In this document: piece after piece, positions 1 through 8,611 of the stretch
Layout of the letters: each line of letters opens with the position of its first letter
Numbering within the stretch: position 1 is the stretch's first letter
Source: an uncultured archaeon
GTDB lineage: Archaea; Iainarchaeota; Iainarchaeia; Iainarchaeales; CSSED10-239
DNA length: 32,000 nucleotides
Assembly (NCBI GenBank): GCA_964463155.1
Contig: CAYXAY010000002.1
Location: 8,004-40,003 of the forward strand
Reading direction: 5' to 3'
Translations under genes and position numbers: made by a program
Notes under the pieces: model-generated
The model's database searches: none
Told to the model about the DNA's origin: nothing
Seen by the model: only the letters and a program-made list of their open reading frames with translations

Positions 1-3
1 GCA

Positions 4-441
4 ATGACTTTTTATAATAATCAAATATATCTTTATAATTTTTATAATTCTAAACATCCGATTCTAAAACAAACAATAATGCTAAACTTGTTTGATAAAA
101 ACGGGCTAATTGACAATAATTGTAATTTTGAAATTACTTCTAATATTACCATTAGATGTAACTCAGATGCTTTGCTTAAAGTAAGATACCGGTTTGATAT
201 TCCAGAAAATGTTAATCTTAATTATCCTAAATTAACAATAACTAAAACAAAGGAACAAATAATTCCACAGGATGTTTTTGAAAACCTATCCGGTGATTCT
301 TTCTATGCTAGAATTCTAAACAAGACATTAGATGTTAACTTCAATCGCGGAGTCAATCCTCCATATAAGAACAATACAAAATTCCTTTACAATAACGGCT
401 TATTAGAAAATGCAACAATCTTTATTAAACCAATCAATTAG
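4..441 (+). CDS. Hypothetical Asn-rich protein; may continue upstream of the window edge
   Basis: Open frame from the window edge to TAG at 439-441 (145 aa in the track). No recognisable motif. It is co-directional with the pilus-like operon downstream. Confidence 0.4.
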   Translation: MTFYNNQIYLYNFYNSKHPILKQTIMLNLFDKNGLIDNNCNFEITSNITIRCNSDALLKVRYRFDIPENVNLNYPKLTITKTKEQIIPQDVFENLSGDSFYARILNKTLDVNFNRGVNPPYKNNTKFLYNNGLLENATIFIKPIN

Positions 442-450
442 AGTTATAAC

Positions 451-564
451 CTATAACCCAAATACCATTCTAAGAATAAGAACCAATATGGCTATCCCAA
501 GCGCTAGACCAATTACTGTTTCTGGAGATAATTGTGGGCCTCCTGAAGTTTCCTTAAATTTCAT
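451..564 (-). CDS. Unlisted 37-aa small membrane protein with a pilin-like N-terminus
   Basis: It falls below the 60-aa track cutoff, so I translated the reverse complement by hand: MKFKETSGGPQLSPETVIGLALGIAILVLILRMVFGL. It has a charged N-terminus followed by one strong hydrophobic helix. A TATA-like ttttatataa at 601-610 lies about 40 nt upstream on this strand. Confidence 0.35.
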   Translation of the reverse strand: MKFKETSGGPQLSPETVIGLALGIAILVLILRMVFGL

Positions 565-597
565 TATGCCTATAGCTGAACTTGGACCCTGATTTGT

Positions 598-704
598 GTT
601 TTTTATATAATTCATCTTCATAAATCATCACTATTGACTATATGTATATATAACTTAGAAACCAAAACCTTTTATATTAATCTATTTTATATTTTAATGG
701 AGGT
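598..704. promoter_or_regulatory. Divergent promoter region with TATA-like boxes and a GGAGGT ribosome-binding site
   Basis: ttttatataa (601-610) could serve the minus-strand mini-ORF. tttatatta (671-679) lies about 35 nt upstream of the ATG at 712. GGAGGT at 699-704 lies 7 nt before that ATG. Confidence 0.3.
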
Positions 705-711
705 AAGGAAT

Positions 712-1635
712 ATGCCAGAAAAGATATCAGAATATAAGTGGCTTGTAAGAATTGTTTTTCTTATAATCATAATAATTATTGCATTATTTATTTTTATCTG
801 GACAGGAACCATAAGATGTAGAGCAATACCGGGAGGTTGTGGAGTTTATTGGGGGATGATGACTCTTGTAACTGGTAAGCAACAACCAAGCGTTCTTATA
901 TTATATGACCCTACTGAACAAAAGGGACTAGGAAATCCAGAGTTGTTAAAAGATTTGTTGTCTGATAGAAAAGGTGTTGCAATTCACCCAAGCATTGCAG
1001 ACATTAGATATCTAAATTCTGAACAGCTCAAGAACGTAAGTCTTGTTATTGTGGAAAAAGCAAGAAAAATATCTACATTACAATTGCTTACAATAAGAAA
1101 CTATATTTCCCAAGGTGGAAGAGTTGTTTGGATTGGCGATGCCGGAACTATTGCAGACACTGACCGAGGAGACATGCTTTATATTGGCATTGCAAACCCA
1201 AAAGAAAACGGGTGGGTAAGACTTACAGACACAAATGACATTATATTTTTCAATAGAACTATTGGCGTAAATTATATTTCTAATTTTTGTGATGTTAGAG
1301 ATTGTGCTGTTGGAGACAAATATACAGGAAAACTTGTTCCAAGCTCTGATACTCACCCATTGACTTATGGGTTAAGGTCAAACCTTCCAATCTATGACAA
1401 TTATTCAATAGTAAAACTTACAGAACCAAACCCTGTGCCATTAAAGATTGATTATGGCTCCAGTTTGTTTGATAAAAAAAAATATAATTACGGAGACATA
1501 TTTGATGCAATAGTAACATCAAACTCCAATCGCGTGGCTTACTATGCTATACCTCCAGAATATCTTGCAGAGCCCTCTGACAAAGAAAAATATTTTTCCG
1601 TAATATATAACATGTTTGATGGAATGGTAAACTGA
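712..1635 (+). CDS. N-terminally membrane-anchored protein of unknown function; first gene of the pilus-like operon
   Basis: The track ORF 634-1635 starts at TTG. The ATG at 712 (MPEKISEYKWLVRIVFLIIIIIIALFIFIW...) has a GGAGGT SD and is preferred. There is a single N-terminal TM helix. The stretch VLILYD...LVIVEK...GGRVVWIGDAG resembles a flavodoxin/GATase1-like fold pattern, but this is weak. Confidence 0.65.
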   Translation: MPEKISEYKWLVRIVFLIIIIIIALFIFIWTGTIRCRAIPGGCGVYWGMMTLVTGKQQPSVLILYDPTEQKGLGNPELLKDLLSDRKGVAIHPSIADIRYLNSEQLKNVSLVIVEKARKISTLQLLTIRNYISQGGRVVWIGDAGTIADTDRGDMLYIGIANPKENGWVRLTDTNDIIFFNRTIGVNYISNFCDVRDCAVGDKYTGKLVPSSDTHPLTYGLRSNLPIYDNYSIVKLTEPNPVPLKIDYGSSLFDKKKYNYGDIFDAIVTSNSNRVAYYAIPPEYLAEPSDKEKYFSVIYNMFDGMVN

Positions 1636-1636
1636 T

Positions 1637-1990
1637 ATGACAAAATCATTTGAAGTAGCAATTGCAGTAATCTTGCTACTGTGTTTTGTCTTTTTTTTGT
1701 TTGAAAGCGTAAATCAAGAATATAAGAGCGTGCCTATTCCTGATGATGTAAAATCTCTTGTTTTAAGCAATGCAGAAAACGAGGGGTTTAGACAACTTGT
1801 TCTAAATAAGGATGTGGACAATATTTACTCTACCTTGTATCCGCAGATGGACTATAAATTTAATGTGTCAATATGCGATTGGCTAAACACGGACTGTCAG
1901 ACGAAAACCGTTTCGGGGTTTACAAAGAAAAAAGAATTTGTTTATTATTTTGCAGACATAAACAAAACACTGCACTTACAAATGGATTAA
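1637..1990 (+). CDS. Putative type IV pilin-like protein (class III signal peptide-like N-terminus)
   Basis: The N-terminus is MTKS/FEVAIAVILLLCFVFFLF: a short basic leader, a small residue, then a hydrophobic helix. It sits 1 nt after the upstream gene and in the same operon as a PilB/FlaI-type ATPase. Confidence 0.5.
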   Translation: MTKSFEVAIAVILLLCFVFFLFESVNQEYKSVPIPDDVKSLVLSNAENEGFRQLVLNKDVDNIYSTLYPQMDYKFNVSICDWLNTDCQTKTVSGFTKKKEFVYYFADINKTLHLQMD

Positions 1991-1991
1991 T

Positions 1992-2468
1992 ATGAAGAAA
2001 GGTTTTACATATATTATTACAACAATGATAATCATCATATTAATTTCTAGTATTTTTATAATATTTAATCCAGTTAAAAAAACCGTAAACACAACACCTA
2101 ATATTCTTGCAAAAAATTATGAGATAGAATTTTTAAAACTTTCAAGTTCTAACCCTACAATCCAAGACATAAACAATCTAAACTATGGTTTTAAAAAATT
2201 TACAAACAGCAATAATTATGATGTAAAAATTTGTAGCATTGTAGAAAACCAAACAAGCATAATCTTAAGCAACTATACTTCAGAAAACTGTAATCTAGTG
2301 ATTGATGGGATGTTTAGTGGGGTTGTTTATGATAATAGTACTGTGACAATAGATAGATTTATAAATAATACGAATATATATTTATGTAGTTGTTATTATG
2401 CCGGTGGCAAAAATGTTTATTATATAGATATTTATAACGAAAATTCAAAAACCATACTAAAAAACTAG
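1992..2468 (+). CDS. Putative type IV pilin-like protein (KG/F prepilin-type N-terminus)
   Basis: The N-terminus MKKG/FTYIITTMIIIILISSIFIIF closely resembles prepilin leaders of the form (K/R)G|F-T-x-I. There is a 1-nt gap to the upstream gene, and the globular part is Asn-rich. Confidence 0.55.
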   Translation: MKKGFTYIITTMIIIILISSIFIIFNPVKKTVNTTPNILAKNYEIEFLKLSSSNPTIQDINNLNYGFKKFTNSNNYDVKICSIVENQTSIILSNYTSENCNLVIDGMFSGVVYDNSTVTIDRFINNTNIYLCSCYYAGGKNVYYIDIYNENSKTILKN

Positions 2469-2479
2469 AGGGAAAAATT

Positions 2480-2830
2480 ATGAAGGATGTAATGGGGCTT
2501 TTAAACCAGATAGAAGAAAAGAGCAACATCATTGTTGCAAAGCTTGAAATCTTAAGATTTGCAGAAGAAGATGCTCAAACAATAAAGAAATCTCTTGATG
2601 GAATTAAGAAAAAACTTGACAGTGGAGAGATAAGCAAATTCTCATATGCAACAATGCTTGAAATGAACAAAAAAAGAGCAGTAGACAATACCAACTCCAA
2701 AAAGAAAACCTGGGATGAGGTTGCAGAAGCCATTAATGAGATTAGCGATATGCTAAATGATTTAAAAGACACCTATAACTCAAAAACAGAATATGGGGGT
2801 GTAGATGAAATTAAAGGAATCAAGCCTTAA
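2480..2830 (+). CDS. Small charged, probably coiled-coil protein of unknown function
   Basis: 116 aa and Lys/Glu-rich with heptad-like spacing (LEILRFAEEDAQTIKKSLDGIKKKL). A GAGGG SD lies upstream, and the gene sits between the pilin-like genes and the ATPase. Confidence 0.55.
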   Translation: MKDVMGLLNQIEEKSNIIVAKLEILRFAEEDAQTIKKSLDGIKKKLDSGEISKFSYATMLEMNKKRAVDNTNSKKKTWDEVAEAINEISDMLNDLKDTYNSKTEYGGVDEIKGIKP

Positions 2831-2870
2831 ATTCACTATTATACTTTCAAACAGAATATAAAGATGAGCC

Positions 2871-4862
2871 ATGAAAATACCAACTCAAAAGGATGCTTCA
2901 AAGCTTGTTGATCTAATTATTAGTCTTAAAAATATTGAAAACAAAAGAAGTGCTGAAGAAAAGGCAATCTTAGAAAAATTCTATAACGAAGAAATCAGTT
3001 CTAAGGAATTGATGAAAGGACTGAAAGAAAAAAATCTTTTTGTTAAATCAAAACAACTTGATAAGGAATTTGTTAAGGCGATTATTGAATATAATGTTCT
3101 TCTATCACAAATATCTTCAGATATTGACATAACTAACTTACGGAAATTTTATTTGACAAAAAGATCTGTTCTAAAACAATTAATTAAAAGCATATTTGCA
3201 TACTCAAAAGAAAAAAGCACAGATCAAAAACAAAAAAAAGTGCAAAAACCAAAACTTGTTGCAATCACTCCGACACATCCTGCAACTCATAAAAATATTA
3301 TAGACAAAATCTTTAGTGGCGGAGAAAAAATAGACACAGAGTCTCTAAAGATTACTGAAAATGCAATGAATACTCCTGCTTTTGAAGAGCCAAAAGAACT
3401 TTTGCCTGAAAACTACCAAGTATTGATACAAGGTTTTGCATATGCTTTTGTTGAAGAAAAAGAAGAAAATAGAAGGTATGTTGTTGCAGAACCAGAGCTT
3501 ACAAAAGAAGAAGAAACGGTGCTTGCCGACACTAAGCAAGAACTTATCAATAAGATTTCATTAATTGACCTAAAGGAAGAATCAGAACTTATTAAACATG
3601 TAGACAAGATATTTTCAAAAACTAAACTAAATGCACAACAGCGTTCAAAAATCATGTATTATGTTGGAAGACAAATAAAAGGGCTAGACGCCATTGAACC
3701 ATTGATGCATGACCCATTGATTGAAGATATTGAGTGCGACGGCACAGGGATACCAATATTTATTGTTCACAGAAAATACGGACACCTTGAAACTAATATT
3801 ATTTTTAATAGCGACAAGGAATTACAACAATTTGTAATCAAGATGGCACACCTAAGTAAAAGTTATGTTTCTTATGCAAGTCCATTACTTGATTCTATAC
3901 TTCCTGATGGCTCCCGTGTCAATGCAACACTAACTAGCAATGTTTCAACTAGAGGTCCAACATTTACTATAAGAAAATTCCCACACAAACCATTAACCGC
4001 AATTGATTTAATAAAAAGTAAAACTATGAATTCTATGATTGTTGCTTATATCTGGACAATTATGGAATTTCAAAAAACAGCACTTATTATCGGACCAACA
4101 GCAGGGGGTAAAACCACATTATTAAATATTATTACATCATTTATTCCTCCAGGAAAAAGGGCAGTTTCAATTGAGGATACTAGAGAAATAAATCTTTTGC
4201 TTGACAACTGGATACCACAGGTCACTAGACCTGGCTTTGGACCACCAGACAGCACTGGAAAAAAATATGGAGAAATAACGATGCTTGATCTTATCAAAGA
4301 ATCATTCAGACAAAGACCTGATTATCTGGTATTAGGGGAAGTAAGAGGAGAAGAAATGTCTTTAATGTTTCAGGGCATGGCATCAGGACACTGTTGTCTA
4401 TCAACAGTGCATGCAAGAAGTATAAATGATCTTGTAAACCGATTAATAACTCCCCCAATATCTCTGGAGCCAAGCCTATTAACATCACTTGATTTAGTTA
4501 TAGTTACGGGTTTTCAAGGAGGTAGCGCTGTAAAAAGAATAATCAAGGAACTTGATGAGATTAATGGTTATAATATTAAGGATAACAAGATAGAATACAA
4601 TGTTATTTATAGTGTATCAGATAAATCACAAACAAAAGAAGGAGACTTGTTTACAAATGAACTGCCCATCACCTATAAAAGCGAAATACTTAAGTCTATA
4701 GCAAAAGAATATGATATTAATATCAATGATTTGTTAGAAATGATTAACAAAAGAATTGCATTTATTAACGAATTAAGCAAAAACCCGCCAAAGGATTATG
4801 TTGAGTTCAAGCTTGCGATAAACAAATATAAGTTGCAAGAAAAAGAATTATTTGCAAAATAA
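2871..4862 (+). CDS. Type II/IV secretion-family ATPase (PilB/FlaI/GspE/VirB11-like) with a ~190-aa N-terminal extension
   Basis: Walker A is GPTAGGKTTLLN, the Asp box is VSIEDTREI, Walker B is RPDYLVLGEVRGEE and the His box is GHCCLSTVHARS. The FlaI-type N-domain begins around YVVAEPELTKEEE, preceded by a Lys/Glu-rich extension. Confidence 0.85.
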   Translation: MKIPTQKDASKLVDLIISLKNIENKRSAEEKAILEKFYNEEISSKELMKGLKEKNLFVKSKQLDKEFVKAIIEYNVLLSQISSDIDITNLRKFYLTKRSVLKQLIKSIFAYSKEKSTDQKQKKVQKPKLVAITPTHPATHKNIIDKIFSGGEKIDTESLKITENAMNTPAFEEPKELLPENYQVLIQGFAYAFVEEKEENRRYVVAEPELTKEEETVLADTKQELINKISLIDLKEESELIKHVDKIFSKTKLNAQQRSKIMYYVGRQIKGLDAIEPLMHDPLIEDIECDGTGIPIFIVHRKYGHLETNIIFNSDKELQQFVIKMAHLSKSYVSYASPLLDSILPDGSRVNATLTSNVSTRGPTFTIRKFPHKPLTAIDLIKSKTMNSMIVAYIWTIMEFQKTALIIGPTAGGKTTLLNIITSFIPPGKRAVSIEDTREINLLLDNWIPQVTRPGFGPPDSTGKKYGEITMLDLIKESFRQRPDYLVLGEVRGEEMSLMFQGMASGHCCLSTVHARSINDLVNRLITPPISLEPSLLTSLDLVIVTGFQGGSAVKRIIKELDEINGYNIKDNKIEYNVIYSVSDKSQTKEGDLFTNELPITYKSEILKSIAKEYDININDLLEMINKRIAFINELSKNPPKDYVEFKLAINKYKLQEKELFAK

Positions 4863-4864
4863 AA

Positions 4865-6175
4865 TCATTTAAATGGATCTCTTCTGTTTAATAGATATTC
4901 TGGATTAATCTCTTTTGATATTGGTTCTTTTTTTGATTTCTTTGTCTTTAGTTTTAATTTTTTCATAAAAATGATTGCGCCAAGAACAACAATTATGCCT
5001 ATGATTGCATAACTAACATAATTTGAAATATCTGGAGTTTCTATACTTATCTGTCCTGCTTCTCTTATCTTTTTTACTTGTGTCTTTGCTAGCTTTATCT
5101 TATTGGTGCTTTCTTTATATCTTCCCTTGTTATATAAATCTTTTATCTGCGCATAGTTTTGGCTTAATTCTGTTACAGTTTTTGTGTCTTTCCAAAGGTT
5201 TATGCTGTTCTCATTTAGTATTTGGTTTATTGCAATGTCTAGTGTGTTTTTTAGTTCGCTGTCTGTTGTGTATAATAGGTTCTTTGCAATGTAATAGTCT
5301 TGTCTTGACTTTAATGTATGAAGAATTATCTCTAGTGGGCTGTTTGGGCCTATCCTTTCAAAATCAGATATTACATTAGCATATACTTGGTTTGTTGAAG
5401 AAACGCTGTCTGCTATTGTTGATATGTCTAAAGACAAGGCTGTTGGCGCCTCAATATAACTTAAAATTGCTCTCTTTTTTGATTCATCAAGATTTTTGTC
5501 CGCAACAACTACTTCTACAATCTCATTAGTGGAATCTCTATAGTTTAGTGATAAAGAAACAAGGTTATTGTATCCTGAAAAAGATGTTTTATAAAGATAA
5601 ATTAGATTCTCTGTGTTTGAACAATCAGAAACATCAATAAACAAAGATTGTTCCTTTTGCACTTTTACTAAGTCGGTCTTAAGGTCTTGGAGTTCTGTTA
5701 TCAATAATTGTAATTTATCGTTTGTGTTTTGGCATTTACTGTTTATGCTTGACGAATAGTTTGCCTTGATTATCCCATCAATCTTTGCGGATTTTGATTG
5801 TAGGTTGACCGTAAGGTTATTCACTTTGTCTATCAATTGCTGTGAAAGAAAATTGTAATTGGTGCCTGCCTTTGTTTTTATATTTCTGTATAGGCGGGCT
5901 GTTCTTATTATTTTCTTTGTTTTTTCATTTGTTTCATAAACTACTGTTCCAGTCTCTGATTCTATAGGTAAGAACATTGTAAGATTTGATTTGGAATCTA
6001 CAAATCCAAAAGTAAAATATTCCTTTCTGTCACAGGTCACAGAATATACTTCGCTGTCAAGAGTTTCTGATGACAACATATATTCCTTTGCTATTCCTTG
6101 TGCTGAATAAAGTGACAGTGCAAATATTTGTGGCAATAACAGCAAAACCATGAATATTAATATTATTTTTTTCAT
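4865..6175 (-). CDS. Secreted, C-terminally membrane-anchored coiled-coil-rich protein of unknown function
   Basis: The signal peptide is MKKIILIFMVLLLLPQIFA/LS. A C-terminal TM segment (YAIIGIIVVLGAIIF) is followed by a basic tail. Its start overlaps the stop of the upstream gene by 4 nt. Confidence 0.65.
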   Translation of the reverse strand: MKKIILIFMVLLLLPQIFALSLYSAQGIAKEYMLSSETLDSEVYSVTCDRKEYFTFGFVDSKSNLTMFLPIESETGTVVYETNEKTKKIIRTARLYRNIKTKAGTNYNFLSQQLIDKVNNLTVNLQSKSAKIDGIIKANYSSSINSKCQNTNDKLQLLITELQDLKTDLVKVQKEQSLFIDVSDCSNTENLIYLYKTSFSGYNNLVSLSLNYRDSTNEIVEVVVADKNLDESKKRAILSYIEAPTALSLDISTIADSVSSTNQVYANVISDFERIGPNSPLEIILHTLKSRQDYYIAKNLLYTTDSELKNTLDIAINQILNENSINLWKDTKTVTELSQNYAQIKDLYNKGRYKESTNKIKLAKTQVKKIREAGQISIETPDISNYVSYAIIGIIVVLGAIIFMKKLKLKTKKSKKEPISKEINPEYLLNRRDPFK

Positions 6176-7131
6176 TGTCTTTCTTCTTTAAATATTTTAT
6201 TAAACAAATATATAGTTGCTGCAAGTATTAAAAATACTATTGATAGATAGCTATAAACTAGAGATGTAAAGATAATTGAAAAGAAAAATGCAAAGTGGTT
6301 TTCAATAATGCCCATAAACGGTATCGCTTTAATTGTGTCAAGTATTTTTGCCTTCACAACTGGCGTGTCCAGGCTTGGTATCGCATCTTTAATCTCGTCA
6401 ACCTTCTTTTTTGAGTTTACAGATTCTTTTAGATTGTCCATGAACTGGTGGAAATTAATTGACTCCGGGTCTGTCTTTTTGCTTATTGCTATATATTCCT
6501 CTGATGACATTATGTATTTTAAGTTTGTGTTTGTACATTGTCTGCTTATGGTTTGAGAGGCGTTTATCCAAGGTTCTAAGTCCTCTGCAATAAACAAGTT
6601 AACAATTCCTACTTCAAACTCGTGTACCTTTTCTTTCTGACTTGGTAACAAATAGATTACAGAACACAAAAATACTACAATAACAAAAAAGATTATAAGT
6701 TTTGATAACCATTCTACAGAAAGATTGTACATATTGTCTTTGTCTTTCCTTACTATTAAGCAAAAAATAACATGTGCCACTATGTAAAGTATCAAAAACA
6801 AGATAAATAAAATATTGAGCCCAAAAAGAATTGAAGATATTAGAGTTGTAAGCGCTAACGACAAGATAACAATAAACAAGCTTTCTGTTTTTGACGAATT
6901 AAATATCACTGAAAGAATTATTACTGACGTTAATGGAAAGAAAATTAAAAACAAAACAAAATGTGTTGTTGAGATAGAGTTAAATATTGAGGAAAGGTCA
7001 AAGACAACAATTGAATGCATTGTAAGTCCTGAATATACTAGAAAATATATCCAAATAAAGGCAGATATTGCTACGAATGCTGATTTTAGTATATTATTCC
7101 TGTTTATCATTGTATCGTCTGTCTTGCCCAT
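6172..7131 (-). CDS. Polytopic membrane protein of unknown function
   Basis: 319 aa with several long hydrophobic segments, a ~120-aa hydrophilic domain and a final TM region. It is translationally coupled to the downstream gene. Confidence 0.6.
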   Translation of the reverse strand: MGKTDDTMINRNNILKSAFVAISAFIWIYFLVYSGLTMHSIVVFDLSSIFNSISTTHFVLFLIFFPLTSVIILSVIFNSSKTESLFIVILSLALTTLISSILFGLNILFILFLILYIVAHVIFCLIVRKDKDNMYNLSVEWLSKLIIFFVIVVFLCSVIYLLPSQKEKVHEFEVGIVNLFIAEDLEPWINASQTISRQCTNTNLKYIMSSEEYIAISKKTDPESINFHQFMDNLKESVNSKKKVDEIKDAIPSLDTPVVKAKILDTIKAIPFMGIIENHFAFFFSIIFTSLVYSYLSIVFLILAATIYLFNKIFKEERQ

Positions 7132-7140
7132 GTAAATCTA

Positions 7141-8058
7141 TTAACCGATTATTTCATCAATATTTATCAAATCAATTGCGTGATTATTCTCAATCAAAAA
7201 GGTGGTTTCTGCTTGAGAAACAAAAGAATCTGGTTTATCCACAAGTATTGGATAAGGGGCAATGGCTTGTGCCTTTAAAAGTTCCCTAAACGCAATTTTT
7301 CTATCAAAACTTGAAAGTTCTTTTCCTGCCCAAAATTCAGAAAACGGCATCCCCTCAAAGCTTTTTATTTCTTCTAAAACCTTTCTTGCGTTTGTGTTTC
7401 TTATTGGCACGTCTTCTTGAAATATGAAAATATAAACCGCGTTTCCTTCCGTAACATAACCATTACCAGTGCTTGAGAATGGTTCTACTGCAAACCAGGT
7501 TGGGATGTCGGATAGCTTTATGTTTGTGTTTGTTTTTATGTTAGAGATAGATGGTTTATCGTGTGTTACATATCTTGAGATTGTGTGCCCTGTAAGATTG
7601 CTGATTGGCTTGAAGCCATAACTATTGATTGTTTTTTCTATAAGCTCTCCAAGCTCTGATATTGTTGTTTTTGGATTTTTAAAAATTAGTTCTTTTGATT
7701 TTAATAGTGCCTGGTTGCTTGATTCTTTTAGTTTTTCGTGTTTTTTGTCAAAGATTATTGTTTGGGAGGAATCTGTGATGTAGCCATTAATTGAAACTCC
7801 AATATCTACTTTTAGGATATCTGTTTCCTTTAGAACAATTTGTTCTTCTTTACTATAGGAATTATGAGCGGCCTGTTCATTGATTGAAAGGTTTACTGGC
7901 CAAGCAGGTCTTGCACCATTCTCTTTAATGAACTCCTCAAGTTTTATTCCTATCTCTAAAAAAGAAATCCCTGGTTTAATAATCTTTAAAGCAAGCTTTT
8001 GTGCTTTATTGTTTATTGCACCAGATTTTTTTAGAAGCTCTATTTCTTTAGGATTCAT
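7141..8058 (-). CDS. map: Methionine aminopeptidase, type 2 (archaeal type)
   Basis: WPVNLSINEQAAHNS, KVDIGVSINGYITDSS (two metal-binding Asp), LTGHTISRY (His), FAVEPF (Glu) and ETTFLI (Glu) match the pita-bread MetAP metal-site pattern. The 305-aa length is typical of archaeal MetAP. Confidence 0.85.
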   Translation of the reverse strand: MNPKEIELLKKSGAINNKAQKLALKIIKPGISFLEIGIKLEEFIKENGARPAWPVNLSINEQAAHNSYSKEEQIVLKETDILKVDIGVSINGYITDSSQTIIFDKKHEKLKESSNQALLKSKELIFKNPKTTISELGELIEKTINSYGFKPISNLTGHTISRYVTHDKPSISNIKTNTNIKLSDIPTWFAVEPFSSTGNGYVTEGNAVYIFIFQEDVPIRNTNARKVLEEIKSFEGMPFSEFWAGKELSSFDRKIAFRELLKAQAIAPYPILVDKPDSFVSQAETTFLIENNHAIDLINIDEIIG

Positions 8059-8549
8059 TTCTTGCCCTTTTTGATTAAAAATATCATAGCTATTGCTGCT
8101 ATTGCAAAACCAAAATATATAGGCATATCTGGTATTGGCAATTTTTTAGGGGTTTGCTTGATTACTATCCATTCTTCTGCTGTGTTGTTTGCAGGATTTT
8201 CATCGTGTTCGTCAATTACTATTTTGATTAGATATGGTGCATTTGAATAGGTGCTTCTGTTTGCATCAACTCGGTATGAAAAATTAAGAAAACTGTTTGC
8301 TGGAATTCTTTGTGATGAACGACGCCCGCTAATAACTGCCCCTTGTGGAGTGAATAATGTGATGTTTAGATCAATCGTTTCTTGAGTGTTGTAATTGTTA
8401 ACCAAAACTATATTAATATCAAAATTAGTTCCTTCAACAACAGTCTTTGGAGAAATTATTTCGCTTATAAAAAAATCTCCTGCAAAGATTGTTCCAGACA
8501 TTAATAGCAGGAATACAAGTATAATTATTTTTTTCATATTTTCAATCAC
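8055..8549 (-). CDS. Small surface protein with a CARDB-like domain, a signal peptide and a C-terminal TM anchor
   Basis: The signal peptide is MKKIIILVFLLLMSGTIFA/GD. A beta-rich domain ends in DEHDENPANNTAEEWIVI, which resembles the CARDB 'E-x-NE-x-NN' signature. The C-terminal TM segment is IYFGFAIAAIAMIFLI followed by KKGKK. An ATGA overlap joins it to map. Confidence 0.55.
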   Translation of the reverse strand: MIENMKKIIILVFLLLMSGTIFAGDFFISEIISPKTVVEGTNFDINIVLVNNYNTQETIDLNITLFTPQGAVISGRRSSQRIPANSFLNFSYRVDANRSTYSNAPYLIKIVIDEHDENPANNTAEEWIVIKQTPKKLPIPDMPIYFGFAIAAIAMIFLIKKGKK

Positions 8550-8611
8550 CTTAAATATATTATAGTAAATATAAAGAAGGTAAGGTTTATAAAATTAGTG
8601 AAAAAAAGAAA

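Noticed and set aside
410-592. A 60-aa plus-strand ORF overlapping the end of the first gene.
   Set aside because: It has no motif, no SD or TATA element, and overlaps the 4-441 gene. The minus-strand 37-aa TM ORF with an upstream TATA-like box explains the open region better, though that ORF is itself only moderately supported.
565-633. A C/D-box sRNA candidate, with GTGATGA on the minus strand at 623-629.
   Set aside because: No downstream CTGA D box exists on the same strand at a suitable distance, and there is no terminal stem. The region is better explained as a divergent promoter.
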